Assembly (NCBI GenBank): GCA_963793425.1
Contig: CAWCAG010000007.1
Coordinates: 640,001-704,000 of the forward strand
DNA: 64,000 nucleotides
Reading direction: 5' to 3'
Source of the DNA: an uncultured cyanobacterium
GTDB taxonomy: Bacteria; Cyanobacteriota; Cyanobacteriia; Cyanobacteriales; CAWCAG01
Of the stretch, positions 11,254 to 21,268 are shown piece after piece. Numbering within the stretch: position 1 is the stretch's first letter; each line of letters opens with the position of its first letter. The position numbers and the translations under genes are program-made. The notes under the pieces were generated by a model. It did not search any database and was not told the origin of the DNA. It was given only the letters and a program-made list of their open reading frames with translations.

Positions 11254-11775
11254 ATGGAATTTACTCTTGATTTTGCTCAATTTGCTCTATGGACAGGTAT
11301 CTTAACTGTAGTTAGCTTTGTCATAGCAGGGTTAGCTTTTCTGTTTAAATGGGGCATTCGCTTCCGTCTTGTGGGTATTACTGGTTTCCTGGTTGTACTT
11401 ACCGTCGGTTTATTTGCCCTCAACTTCGGCTTGCTTAGCTCTAAACTAATTCCAGGGGCAGTAAAATTTTCCTTAGTCTATGATAATGGTGGCAATAAAG
11501 CTGTCATTGCTTTATCCCCGGAAGTAACAGAATCCGAAGTTGAAGCCACACTGCTACAAGCAGCCTCAAATTTATCTTCTTATGGTAGGGGCAGTAGCGC
11601 CGGAGATAATAAATTCACCATTCGCGCCCGTACTATTATTCACCCGGAACCAGGTATTTCTGTGCCTCTCTACTTAGGAGAAGTAAGAAAATCCTTAGCT
11701 TTTGAGGATCAAGCAACACCGGAAACAAGAATTTTCTCCAAGAATTTTGCCAAACTGGGAATCAATGATCAATGA
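11254..11775 (+). CDS. ycf51: Ycf51 family protein
   Basis: KWGIRFRLVGITGF, YDNG, TLLQAASNL.SYGR. Confidence 0.85.
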   Translation: MEFTLDFAQFALWTGILTVVSFVIAGLAFLFKWGIRFRLVGITGFLVVLTVGLFALNFGLLSSKLIPGAVKFSLVYDNGGNKAVIALSPEVTESEVEATLLQAASNLSSYGRGSSAGDNKFTIRARTIIHPEPGISVPLYLGEVRKSLAFEDQATPETRIFSKNFAKLGINDQ

Positions 11776-11792
11776 CCAGTAATCAGTAATCA

Positions 11793-12917
11793 ATGATCAA
11801 TATGGTAAAAACACAATCTTTAGTCACTACTCAAACATCTACTATTGCTGTTGCCCCAGCACAAGTTTTGCGGGGTTGGCAAGCTATTTCGCAAGCAGGA
11901 GAGGCGATCGCCAGTTTTGGTAATCGTCCTTTAATTGTCGGGGGCGATCGCAGTTTAAAAGTGGTCGAAGCCAGCTTGGAACCAGTCATAGAAAAATATC
12001 ATCTCCAAGCTAAACAAGCTTCTTACTCTCCTGATTGTTCAGAAAATTCCCTCACTGCCCTAAAAGTGGCAGTAGCTTCTCACCAAGCAGATTTTATCAT
12101 CGGTATTGGCGGTGGCAAAGCCTTAGACACAGCAAAACTCCTCGCCAAAGAGAGTAACCTCTCTATTATTACTATTCCTACCTCAGCAGCCACCTGTGCC
12201 GCCTGGACAGCCCTAGCTAATATCTATTCTGATCAAGGTGCTTTCCAATATGATGTACCTTTGCATAATTGTCCCCAATTATTAATTCTTGATTACGAGT
12301 TAATCAAGACTGCCCCTCAACGTACTTTAATTGCCGGAATTGGTGACGCTTTAGCCAAATGGTACGAAGCTTCCGTTAGTAGTGGCAACTCTTCTGCCAC
12401 ATTAATTATCGCTGCGGTTCAACAAGCAAGAATTCTCAGGGATATCCTTTTCCAAAAATCTGCTACTGCTTTAGAAACTCCTGGTAGCGAAGAATGGCGA
12501 GAGGTAGTTGATGCCACCGTTTTATTAGCAGGAGTAATTGGTGGGTTAGGAGGGGCGCAATGTCGTACAGTGGCTGCCCACGCTATTCACAACGGCTTAA
12601 CTCATATCCCCGCAGCACACGAAGCTTTACACGGGGAAAAAGTTGCCTACGGTATTTTAGTTCAGTTACGTCTAGAAGAAATGCTCCAAGGGAACCAATT
12701 AGCAGTTTCTGCCCGACAGCAACTATTAAAATTTTATCAAGAAATTGGCTTACCTACTAGCTTAGAAGCTTTAGGTTTAGCTAATGCTACCTTAGCCCAA
12801 CTACGCCAAGCAGCAGAAATAGCTTGTCATCCTAATTCTGATCTACATCATCTACCTTTTTCTGTGTCTCCTGAACAGTTAGTGGCAGCTATGGTTTCAA
12901 CATTGGTAAGTTCCTAA
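11793..12917 (+). CDS. Glycerol dehydrogenase-like iron-containing alcohol dehydrogenase
   Basis: GIGGGKALDTAK, PTSAATCAAW, GIGDALAKWYE, HGEKVAYG. Confidence 0.88.
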   Translation: MINMVKTQSLVTTQTSTIAVAPAQVLRGWQAISQAGEAIASFGNRPLIVGGDRSLKVVEASLEPVIEKYHLQAKQASYSPDCSENSLTALKVAVASHQADFIIGIGGGKALDTAKLLAKESNLSIITIPTSAATCAAWTALANIYSDQGAFQYDVPLHNCPQLLILDYELIKTAPQRTLIAGIGDALAKWYEASVSSGNSSATLIIAAVQQARILRDILFQKSATALETPGSEEWREVVDATVLLAGVIGGLGGAQCRTVAAHAIHNGLTHIPAAHEALHGEKVAYGILVQLRLEEMLQGNQLAVSARQQLLKFYQEIGLPTSLEALGLANATLAQLRQAAEIACHPNSDLHHLPFSVSPEQLVAAMVSTLVSS

Positions 12918-12924
12918 CTAACTG

Positions 12925-14223
12925 TCAAGTAAGCTTTAGTATCCATTCAATCCATCCTCTGACAGTGCTAGCACGACGTTCACAGGTAGAATTTGCACTG
13001 CTAGAAATTTCCTCTGAACCATCTCTCATAATAGAGACAATTTCTTCTTTCGTTGGTGGTTGGGCTTTTTCAAAGTAAATTCTTAATGATGAATTGAATA
13101 TTCTATGACTTAGAATACATTTAACTAACTCTAAATTTCGCCTTCGTGGATGTTGAGTGATTATTTGCAAGCCCAAATTACTCAGAGAATAGTTAACATC
13201 CTGAGTTTTATTTTGTTCTCTATCAACAAGTCTTAGATAATTAGCGGCTGAAATATAGTAGTCAGTTTGTCTTATATCAAAGGCATAAATTAAGGTTATA
13301 TTATCTTTATTTAAAGGGACATTCGCACTATATAGCCTACCAAGAAGATCAATGATTCTTGGAAACATATTGGCTTGTGGAAAAGGAATTTCTTCTGAAT
13401 CCGGAACTATAGTAGTCTCATTTAGTATATCTCTAATATCTTGTAATTCTATCTCATATTTACTCAGGCAATACTTATGTTCTGAAACCAATTCGATAGA
13501 ATTATACAAATTTATATCTGAGAATCGGAACTTATAAAAAGAGAAGATATCATTCGATATAGTGAGAAAAACAGGAATCACTTCTTTATTTGTTTTTGAT
13601 TTCCAGAGTCTGTAGGGATAGTAAAGTTGTCTAATAATAAAGTCATTAACTGTCTCAGATTTAGCCTCGATAATTCCTAACTTTGTAGCACCTTCAAAAC
13701 CACCATCAATTTCACACTGCGACTTATTAACATTTATAGTTTGCTTTGTTTTATTCTTAGTATCTTGAATGTCGTAATCGAATGTTCCAGTAGACATTCT
13801 GCCAAAAACTGTCAAACTAGTCTCTTCCTCTAACACATCATCAATCATACCTGAGAGAAAAGCACAGAGGATTGCTGATGATTCAGAGTAGATGTTACTA
13901 GGATCGAGAGTTTTAATATAGTTTGGTAACTCACAATAAACAACATTCCCTAAATCTTTCTTAGGAAGTTGGAAATAGCTATTAAAAGCCCCAATTACAT
14001 ACTTTCTGCGTGAAACAGGTTGAATTGACAAACCATGATCAAGGAATATTTTGGGAAGCTGCACTACGTGATCAAACTTTGTCATGAGACGAGCTTCTCG
14101 CTGCTCGTTTATTCTGGTAGATGATATGTAAAAAAAGTCTTCTTGCTCTATCTTTTTAAGAATATTCTCTTCTTCAAAAAGGATTTCCCAAGCTTGGTCA
14201 TTTTTTGACTTTTTTGCAGCCAT
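12925..14223 (-). CDS. Putative restriction endonuclease (PD-(D/E)xK core, probable winged-helix C-terminus)
   Basis: QCEIDGGFEG...IIEAK...RQLYYPYR; overlaps the MTase gene; AT-rich. Confidence 0.65.
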   Translation of the reverse strand: MAAKKSKNDQAWEILFEEENILKKIEQEDFFYISSTRINEQREARLMTKFDHVVQLPKIFLDHGLSIQPVSRRKYVIGAFNSYFQLPKKDLGNVVYCELPNYIKTLDPSNIYSESSAILCAFLSGMIDDVLEEETSLTVFGRMSTGTFDYDIQDTKNKTKQTINVNKSQCEIDGGFEGATKLGIIEAKSETVNDFIIRQLYYPYRLWKSKTNKEVIPVFLTISNDIFSFYKFRFSDINLYNSIELVSEHKYCLSKYEIELQDIRDILNETTIVPDSEEIPFPQANMFPRIIDLLGRLYSANVPLNKDNITLIYAFDIRQTDYYISAANYLRLVDREQNKTQDVNYSLSNLGLQIITQHPRRRNLELVKCILSHRIFNSSLRIYFEKAQPPTKEEIVSIMRDGSEEISSSANSTCERRASTVRGWIEWILKLT

Positions 14224-15142
14224 ATCTGTTATAAATTAACAGTTCATTTATCTTACCGCGCTTTGAACCCACTGCATTAATTGCCCTAGTAGCTTGTACC
14301 TCAACAATTTCATACCGTGAATCAGAATAAAGAGATTTAATAAAAGGGGCGGCTGAATTACTTATTAGTACTTGAACGCCTCGGTCAGATAATTGATCAC
14401 AAACTTCTTTGAGCCTAATTTGTTCATCTTCGCCAAACCCATTGACACTATAACCTGTAAAAGATGAAGTGTTAGATATGGGGTGATAGGGAGGATCAAA
14501 ATAAACGAATGCTCCTTTTCTTGCTGTCGATACAGCTTTGGCAAAATCACCTTCAAGAATGCGTACATTTGGTTGATTTAAGTAGGTACTAACCGCCCTG
14601 ATAACAGCAGAATCTGCTATGGCAGGATTGGCATAGTTACCATAAGGAACATTAAATTGACCGCTACTATTAACTCTAAATAGTCCATTAAAGCAGGTTT
14701 TATTAAGGTAAATAACTCTAGCAGCTTTCTCGATTGGAGATTGGTTTTGAAAATCGTCTTTTCTATCCTGTTCCCGTAATAAATAATAATGTTCTTTAGA
14801 ATTTTTGCTTTTATGGTACTGACAAAGAGTAAGCAATTCTTCAGGATTTTCTTTAATGACTTGATAGCAATTAATTAACTCGCTGTTAGTATCATTAATA
14901 ACGCTTTTTTTAGGCTGTAAAGAAAATAGAACAGCACCAGCCCCAACAAAAGGTTCATAGTATTGAGTATATTTGGTAGGCTGAAATTTCTTAATAACTG
15001 GCAAGAGTTGTCTTTTTCCTCCAGCCCATTTAAGAAATGGTTGAGCAAGGGCATTATATTGATATGCTTGTTTTCTGCCAATACTTTTAGTTGGTGAAAT
15101 AATATCTTCTTGCATTTTTGCTATGTTGTAATTTCCCTGCAT
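14198..15142 (-). CDS. Dam/D12-class N6-adenine DNA methyltransferase
   Basis: PFLKWAGGK, YYEPFVGAG, FNGLFRVN..G.FNVPYG, DPPY. Confidence 0.93.
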   Translation of the reverse strand: MQGNYNIAKMQEDIISPTKSIGRKQAYQYNALAQPFLKWAGGKRQLLPVIKKFQPTKYTQYYEPFVGAGAVLFSLQPKKSVINDTNSELINCYQVIKENPEELLTLCQYHKSKNSKEHYYLLREQDRKDDFQNQSPIEKAARVIYLNKTCFNGLFRVNSSGQFNVPYGNYANPAIADSAVIRAVSTYLNQPNVRILEGDFAKAVSTARKGAFVYFDPPYHPISNTSSFTGYSVNGFGEDEQIRLKEVCDQLSDRGVQVLISNSAAPFIKSLYSDSRYEIVEVQATRAINAVGSKRGKINELLIYNRYGCKKVKK

Positions 15143-15240
15143 ACAAATACAAGTGTACTATTTAATTGTATTTCCTGTATTTTTGTGATGCCTCCTCCAG
15201 ACTTGAGAATTGCTAAATCAGGGGCAACAAATCAAGACCA

Positions 15241-16197
15241 CTAATAACCCATCCTCCCATTCATCTCTGGAGGGGGGCTTAAACTCATCAAAATTTCTTG
15301 CTCTTCTGCCTCTTCATCAATATAAAAAGTCATTTGTACCGGACCATAGCCTTCGCAGATACGTGCTTCAATTTCTTCTGCAATAACTCCTGTAACGCCA
15401 TGAAAGTCAGGATGGACAACCAGGTGCATTTGAATATAAATCAAACGCCCCACAATGCCCCGCGATTGAATTTTATAACAATGGGTAACACCATTAACTT
15501 GCAAAGCAATTTCTGCTAAAACTTCTGGGGCGATCGCAGTTTGTCTTACTAACAATGGTAGCTGCCATTTAATGACTTGCCAAAAATTAACTAAGGTTAA
15601 TAACACTAAAACAATGGGCAAAATTAAATCAATCCAAATTAATCCCCACCAATTGCCAAAAAAACCACCGATAACGACTAAGGTAAGAACCCCATCTTTG
15701 ATTAGTTGAATGCCATTAAAACTTAAGGCCGGATTGCTTAAGGAACGTCCTTGAAAAACACCTAGTATCCCTAGTAATAAATTAACTCCGCCGCTTACCC
15801 CAATAATTTGCATTAAATGAACGCTAACGTCAGCAGCAAAAGGAATATCTTTGCTGTACCAAGCAGCGATTAATTGTTGACTAGAAAACCATAATAAAGC
15901 GGCACTCCCCAAACTAGCCAAAGCTACAGCTAGGAAAGTTAAAATTGTTTCTCTTATGCCATGTCCATAGATGTGTTTTCCTAAAGGGCGATCGCTACTG
16001 GTAATTGCTAGCAAGCTTAATAGAATACTGAAACTAACGCTCAAAGTATAAAAGCACTCTGCCAAGACACTTAAAGATGTAGTCACCCATCCTGCGGAGG
16101 CTTTAACTGACAAAATAAATAAAATCAGCCAAAGCATCACAAATAAAACCAAACGACTTGTTCGGTAGCGTTTCTCTCCCTGATTCATTTCTTTCAT
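15241..16197 (-). CDS. Cation diffusion facilitator family transporter (degenerate metal site)
   Basis: About 6 TM helices, H.YGHG..E motif, C-terminal dimerisation-type domain. Confidence 0.75.
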   Translation of the reverse strand: MKEMNQGEKRYRTSRLVLFVMLWLILFILSVKASAGWVTTSLSVLAECFYTLSVSFSILLSLLAITSSDRPLGKHIYGHGIRETILTFLAVALASLGSAALLWFSSQQLIAAWYSKDIPFAADVSVHLMQIIGVSGGVNLLLGILGVFQGRSLSNPALSFNGIQLIKDGVLTLVVIGGFFGNWWGLIWIDLILPIVLVLLTLVNFWQVIKWQLPLLVRQTAIAPEVLAEIALQVNGVTHCYKIQSRGIVGRLIYIQMHLVVHPDFHGVTGVIAEEIEARICEGYGPVQMTFYIDEEAEEQEILMSLSPPPEMNGRMGY

Positions 16198-16262
16198 TTA
16201 TGCACCAATTGATGCAATTCTAACCTGCGACATTCCAGGTAGAGCCTAAAATAGCTTCTATT

Positions 16263-16607
16263 TTATTTAACCGTTGACTCTAACTCTATGCTCAAATCAA
16301 TCATATGGCATACGTAGTTAACTGTAGCAACCACATCTGCTTGATTGATTGGACAACCATATCTAGGAAATTTGTCTTGGGGATGTTGCCACTTTAACCA
16401 AAGTTGGCCATGTACTGTTTTCAGGCGGATGAACCAATTACGATATTTAGCAGGGAACTGCTGAAGATAAGAACTATCTGCCTTTGATAGGTCTAAATCA
16501 GAATAAGATTGAGAAGAAAGCATTTGAACAGTGTTGTAATCGTTGACATGAGTTATTCTTATGATTCCATTAACCCTGACAACGGCTAAATTTTGTTCTC
16601 GAAACAA
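16263..16607 (-). CDS. Hypothetical protein
   Basis: 114-aa ORF; start uncertain. Confidence 0.45.
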   Translation of the reverse strand: MFREQNLAVVRVNGIIRITHVNDYNTVQMLSSQSYSDLDLSKADSSYLQQFPAKYRNWFIRLKTVHGQLWLKWQHPQDKFPRYGCPINQADVVATVNYVCHMIDLSIELESTVK

Positions 16608-16722
16608 TTCTCTGATTATTCTTCAAAAGAAAATTGCTTATATTTACAATATTAATTATTCTTATACCATGATTGTATTCAAATCAGCAAGAATTTTGTG
16701 GCCACACTAAAAGTTACTTCTC

Positions 16723-17532
16723 GTGCCGAAACAGAGACTTGATACTCTATTAGTTGACCTTAAACTTTGTACTTCCAGACAAAAAGCGCAAAGACTTATC
16801 CGTGCGGGGGAGGTTAAAGTAAACCAACAGCTAGTTGATAAACCAGGAACAGAAGTTAGCACCTCCGCAAATATTGAATTAAAAAAAAAGCCTCCCTATG
16901 TATCTAGGGGAGGCGAAAAACTAGCGAAAGCCTTAGAAGAATTTAAGATTGAGGTGAAAGATCGTCTTTGTTTAGATGGGGGAATTTCTACAGGAGGTTT
17001 TTCTGATTGCTTACTGAAAAAAGGGGCTTCGCGTATTTACGGCGTTGATGTTGGTTATGGACAAGTGGCCTGGAATTTGCGCCAAGATGAGCGCTTAATT
17101 TTAAAAGAAAGAACTAATTTACGTCACCTCACCTACTCAGAATTGTATGGTTCGCAACCTCCTGCTAATTTAGGAGTTGTGGATCTATCTTTTATTTCCT
17201 TAACAAAAGTTCTTGCCCCTCTCAGTAACTTATTAGTTGCCCCTAAAGAACTTGTTTTATTAGTTAAACCTCAATTTGAAGTCGGGCGATCACGGGTAGG
17301 AAAAAAAGGCGTAGTGCGTGATCCCCAAGCTCAAGCCGAAGCAATTTGGCAAGTTATTCAAGTAGCCCAACAGCTTAATTGGCAACATCAAGGTCTAACT
17401 TGGTCGCCCATAACAGGTCCGGCTGGTAATAGAGAATACTTACTCTGGCTAAGTCTTTCCCCTTCTAACCATACTCCTGATTTAAAGGAAATACAGAATT
17501 TGACAGTTTCATCTGCTGCTGATTTGATGTGA
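16723..17532 (+). CDS. tlyA: TlyA family rRNA methyltransferase
   Basis: S4 domain, YVSRGGEKL, DGGISTGGF, LVKPQFE, SPITGPAGN.EY. Confidence 0.95.
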   Translation: MPKQRLDTLLVDLKLCTSRQKAQRLIRAGEVKVNQQLVDKPGTEVSTSANIELKKKPPYVSRGGEKLAKALEEFKIEVKDRLCLDGGISTGGFSDCLLKKGASRIYGVDVGYGQVAWNLRQDERLILKERTNLRHLTYSELYGSQPPANLGVVDLSFISLTKVLAPLSNLLVAPKELVLLVKPQFEVGRSRVGKKGVVRDPQAQAEAIWQVIQVAQQLNWQHQGLTWSPITGPAGNREYLLWLSLSPSNHTPDLKEIQNLTVSSAADLM

Positions 17533-17837
17533 TCACAAATGAGCTAACGATTTTCCTTGGTAACAAATTTTCTCCATCTTGACAAGCAAGAAATATACTA
17601 TTAGGGTATCGACATTTCATGAGTCAATTCGGGGAATGCTCGTGTATACTGTTAAATCATTTTTGTTTGAAGTGAAAGAAGCAAGGCGTTACCAAATTTG
17701 ACATTCAAGAACGATCTTATGAATGTCCCCCCGTTTGTTTAACTCTTAATTCTTTCGCCGGAAAAAATTCCCATTTTTGATGTCAGGCAATCTAGTTTCC
17801 CCGTTAGAATTATTAAAGTTATGAGGTAGAGCTAACT

Positions 17838-18434
17838 GTGAACACAATCTTCACAAAGCTACGAGATTTCGTAGGTCTAAATGAAGCGGACGAATACGAA
17901 TATTACGAAGAAGACATGGAAAACGGCGATTATCAAAATCTTTATCAAGAAGAGCCTCAGACCGTAGCTGAGGAAGAACAACAAAATCGCAGACGCACTC
18001 GTGAACGTACAACAGTAACACCGGAGGCAACTATGGGGGCAGCAACAAGAAGCAACGTAATTGGTATGCCAGGCGCTGCCAACGGTTTAACAGAAGTTGT
18101 GGTTATCGAACCTCGTTCTTTTGAAGAAATGCCCCAGGTAATTCAAAGCTTGCGGGAACGTAAGTCTGTGGTTTTAAACTTAACTATTATGGACCCAGAT
18201 GAAGCTCAAAGAGCAGTAGACTTCGTTGCTGGGGGAACCTATGCTATTGATGGTCATCAGGAACGTATTGGAGAAAGCATCTTTCTGTTCACACCTAGCT
18301 GTGTACAGGTCAGTACCAACTCCGGCGGTGTAGTACATGAAGCACCTCAAGTACCTACTAGACCTGCTGCATCTCCTCGCCCCACAGCCCCAACCCCATC
18401 TTGGGCAACAGAAGCTAGCCGCATGGCCCAATAA
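17838..18434 (+). CDS. sepF: Cell division protein SepF
   Basis: EPRSFEE...[23 protein letters not shown]. Confidence 0.96.
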   Translation: MNTIFTKLRDFVGLNEADEYEYYEEDMENGDYQNLYQEEPQTVAEEEQQNRRRTRERTTVTPEATMGAATRSNVIGMPGAANGLTEVVVIEPRSFEEMPQVIQSLRERKSVVLNLTIMDPDEAQRAVDFVAGGTYAIDGHQERIGESIFLFTPSCVQVSTNSGGVVHEAPQVPTRPAASPRPTAPTPSWATEASRMAQ

Positions 18435-18516
18435 ATCACAACATTGGGGAGAGGGGAGAATTTACATTTCCTCCTCTCTACGTGCTACAGAACTAATCGC
18501 CAACGCTAAATAAAAG

Positions 18517-19335
18517 GTGTCTAATAAGTTAAGTATGATTGGAGGCGGGTTCATGGGGGAAGCTCTCCTATCCCGTCTCGTAGCTAAAAAAATTTATCTT
18601 CCTAACGCCGTTTTGGTTAGTGAACCTCAACCACAGCGGCGCGATTTTTTGCAGAAGACTTATCAAGTTCAAGTAACTGCTGATAATCAAGAGGCAATGA
18701 CAGCTTCTGATGTGGTTTTATTGGCTATAAAACCTCAAGTCCTAGACAAGGTTGTAGCTGAAATGGCGGAGATAGGCAGTTCCTTGGCTCAAGAAACCCT
18801 GATAATTTCTATTTTGGCAGGAGTCCCCATAGCTAAGTTAGAAGCCACCTTCAGAAGCCAGTCAGTGATTAGGGCTATGCCTAATACTCCAGCAACTGTG
18901 GGGGCAGGTATAACAGCGATCGCCCCAGGGAAAAAAGTTCAACCCCAACAATTAGAAATAGCTAAAAAGATTTTCGCGGCGGTGGGGCAAGTGGTAGAAG
19001 TGCCAGAAAACCTTATGGATGCGGTAACAGGGCTTTCTGGATCTGGGCCGGCTTATGTAGCCGTTATGATTGAAGCCCTTGCTGATGGAGGAGTAGCCGC
19101 CGGTTTACCGAGGGGGATAGCCTCCCAACTTGCTTTACAAACCGTCTTGGGGACAGCCCAATTAATCAAAGAATCTCAATTACACCCTGCCCAACTCAAA
19201 GATCAAGTTACTAGCCCAGGGGGAACTACTATTGCGGCTGTAGCTCAGTTAGAAAAAGCTGGTTTCCGTTCAGCTATCATCGAAGCAGTAAAAGCCGCTT
19301 ACCAACGCTCTCAAGAATTAGGAGCAAAGAATTAA
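18517..19335 (+). CDS. proC: Pyrroline-5-carboxylate reductase
   Basis: RAMPNTPA, SGSGPAY, VTSPGGTT. Confidence 0.97.
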   Translation: MSNKLSMIGGGFMGEALLSRLVAKKIYLPNAVLVSEPQPQRRDFLQKTYQVQVTADNQEAMTASDVVLLAIKPQVLDKVVAEMAEIGSSLAQETLIISILAGVPIAKLEATFRSQSVIRAMPNTPATVGAGITAIAPGKKVQPQQLEIAKKIFAAVGQVVEVPENLMDAVTGLSGSGPAYVAVMIEALADGGVAAGLPRGIASQLALQTVLGTAQLIKESQLHPAQLKDQVTSPGGTTIAAVAQLEKAGFRSAIIEAVKAAYQRSQELGAKN

Positions 19336-19336
19336 A

Positions 19337-19390
19337 CGATTAGCGATTAGCGGATTGGCAAATGATTTTGTGATCGCTAATCGCTAATCG
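19337..19390. terminator. Inverted repeat between convergent proC and psaI
   Basis: CGATTAGCGATTAGCG...CGCTAATCGCTAATCG. Confidence 0.65.
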
Positions 19391-19446
19391 CTTTTAGGGA
19401 TAGAGTTTAGTGTCAAATAAGATACAGAATCAATATCCCTAGTAGA

Positions 19447-19563
19447 TTAAGCATCACTTTCGATGTAAAGGAATAACATACCCATAACTACAGCCGGCAT
19501 TAACCAGCACACTACAGGGATAAGAATCCAGGGTAAGAAAGAAGCAGCATATTCGCCTGTCAT
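19447..19563 (-). CDS. psaI: Photosystem I subunit VIII (38 aa, absent from ORF track)
   Basis: Manual translation [45 protein letters not shown]; downstream of psaL. Confidence 0.95.
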   Translation of the reverse strand: MTGEYAASFLPWILIPVVCWLMPAVVMGMLFLYIESDA

Positions 19564-19636
19564 TTCTAATTCTCCTAATTTAAAATTATTGACAAAGTTG
19601 TGAAAGACTATGAGAGTCTAATACAGGTAGATTTCC

Positions 19637-20128
19637 TCAGTTGAAACTACCGTTGAGAATGCCATCGACGACACCAAAATTTTCTAGCAAGAAGTAAGCA
19701 AAAAATGCTCCCCCCATGCCACCAACAAAGAAACCAGCCGTAAATTGACTCCAACCTTCAGCAGTTTGCATTGGGTTAGCTTTAGCTAATTCTCCACTTT
19801 CATCTTCTTTGAAAGCGACAATACCGTAGATAGCCAAGCAAGCTGTGCCGATTAAGATCAAAGTCATTCCATTAATCAAACCGCCTAAATTAGCAAACTC
19901 CGAATCTCTCAAAGGACCAAAAACAACCCAAGGGCCACCAATAAAATAGCCGTGGGCCATGCCAATTTCCAAGCCACGTAAAATAGGCGCAAGCCCCTTA
20001 CGATAAGCTGGCAAATTGCCAATAAAAGTTCTGGTGAAATCTGAATCTGAAATCGGTGTTGACAAGTGACCCAGTTGGGGATCGCCATTGTAAGGCTTGA
20101 TTAGCTCTACGTCTCTAGAGTAAGCCAT
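19637..20128 (-). CDS. psaL: Photosystem I subunit XI
   Basis: GHLSTPISDS, NLPAYRKGL...RGLEIGMAHGY. Confidence 0.97.
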   Translation of the reverse strand: MAYSRDVELIKPYNGDPQLGHLSTPISDSDFTRTFIGNLPAYRKGLAPILRGLEIGMAHGYFIGGPWVVFGPLRDSEFANLGGLINGMTLILIGTACLAIYGIVAFKEDESGELAKANPMQTAEGWSQFTAGFFVGGMGGAFFAYFLLENFGVVDGILNGSFN

Positions 20129-20337
20129 TATTTTTTTCCTCTCTTATTGAAGCTCTAAAGTTTTTAGGAAAACTTTAGAATCCATTTTAAGCAAGGAGTG
20201 TTACCAAACGGCAGTATTGCTTGTTAGCGTTAGAAAAGTTCATCATTTTTGCAATTTATGAGGTTTCTTTGGATTGCCAGATGAGAAGAAGAAATGGCAA
20301 AATAATTGAGAACTGTCAAGATGGGGAATACTGATTT

Positions 20338-21057
20338 ATGAATAAGCTCCCAACACGAGTCAATTTAAAGAAAAAATGGCTGTCCAGGTTACTTCTAGCC
20401 ATATCATCTCTGCTTTTACTAACTGGATTATGGGCTACACCAGCCCAAGCTCAAATTTACGATCTCCCTCAAGTTAGGGCCGGAGAGCCAACTTGGGTTA
20501 TAGATACAGCTAATCTACTTAGCCGCAGCAACAGAGGTAAGTTAAACAACGTTTTAGAAGACTTAGCCGACAAAACCGGAAACGAATTCCGCTTCGTAAC
20601 TGTCCGTCGTCTAGATTATGGCGAAACTATTGAAAGTTTCACTGATAAACTTTTTCAGAGTTGGTTTCCTGCTTCAGAAGACCAAGCCAACCAAAGTTTA
20701 CTTGCTTTAGACTCTGTTACTAATAATGTTGCTCTCCGTAGTGGTGATGCGGCTCAAAAGCTGTTGACGGAGGATATAGCTAGCAGCATAGTTGCTGAAA
20801 CTGTGGGCATCCCATTAAGGGAAGGAAATAAATATAACCAAGCTTTTCTTGATGCTAGCGATCGCGTATTTGCTGTACTGTCTGGACAACAAGATCCTGG
20901 CCCTCCTCAAGTAAAAGAGCAAATTAATATTGAATCTACCTATGCTACGGCTGAGGAAACCGATGACCGCAGCGCAACAGTTTGGGTAATTGGTATGTTA
21001 ATTGTGGCCACAATTATTCCTATGGCTACTTATTTCTTCTATCAAAGTGGAGGCTAA
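20338..21057 (+). CDS. psb32: TPM-domain photosystem II repair protein Psb32
   Basis: Signal peptide, RRLDYGET, DPGPP, YATAEETDD + C-terminal TM. Confidence 0.88.
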   Translation: MNKLPTRVNLKKKWLSRLLLAISSLLLLTGLWATPAQAQIYDLPQVRAGEPTWVIDTANLLSRSNRGKLNNVLEDLADKTGNEFRFVTVRRLDYGETIESFTDKLFQSWFPASEDQANQSLLALDSVTNNVALRSGDAAQKLLTEDIASSIVAETVGIPLREGNKYNQAFLDASDRVFAVLSGQQDPGPPQVKEQINIESTYATAEETDDRSATVWVIGMLIVATIIPMATYFFYQSGG

Positions 21058-21101
21058 ACTAATTTTTTGTTTAGGCAAGAAGTTTTTGAGGTGAAATAGG
21101 C

Positions 21102-21156
21102 AAAAAACCCCGACCGAAGCCAGGGAAAGTTTAACCATCAGGGTGCATCTACTTAA
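21102..21156 (-). ncRNA. NsiR1-like small RNA, copy 1 (ends approximate)
   Basis: Minus strand AGTAGATGCACCCTGATGG..., terminator CCCTGGC-TTCG-GTCGGGG-TTTTTT; TCCGGA at 21185-21190 upstream. Confidence 0.75.
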
Positions 21157-21213
21157 TGCTTTATTTCCCTGCTTCGTCTTCTATTCCGGATCATTTAAAA
21201 ACTAGTTAAAAAG

Positions 21214-21268
21214 AAAAAAATCCCCCGACCGAAGCCGGAGGAGGAATTACCAGGTTGCATCTACCACT
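21214..21268 (-). ncRNA. NsiR1-like small RNA, copy 2 (ends approximate)
   Basis: Minus strand GGTAGATGCAACCTGG..., terminator CCTCCGGC-TTCG-GTCGGGGG-A-TTTTTTT; TCCGGA at 21296-21301 upstream. Confidence 0.72.
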
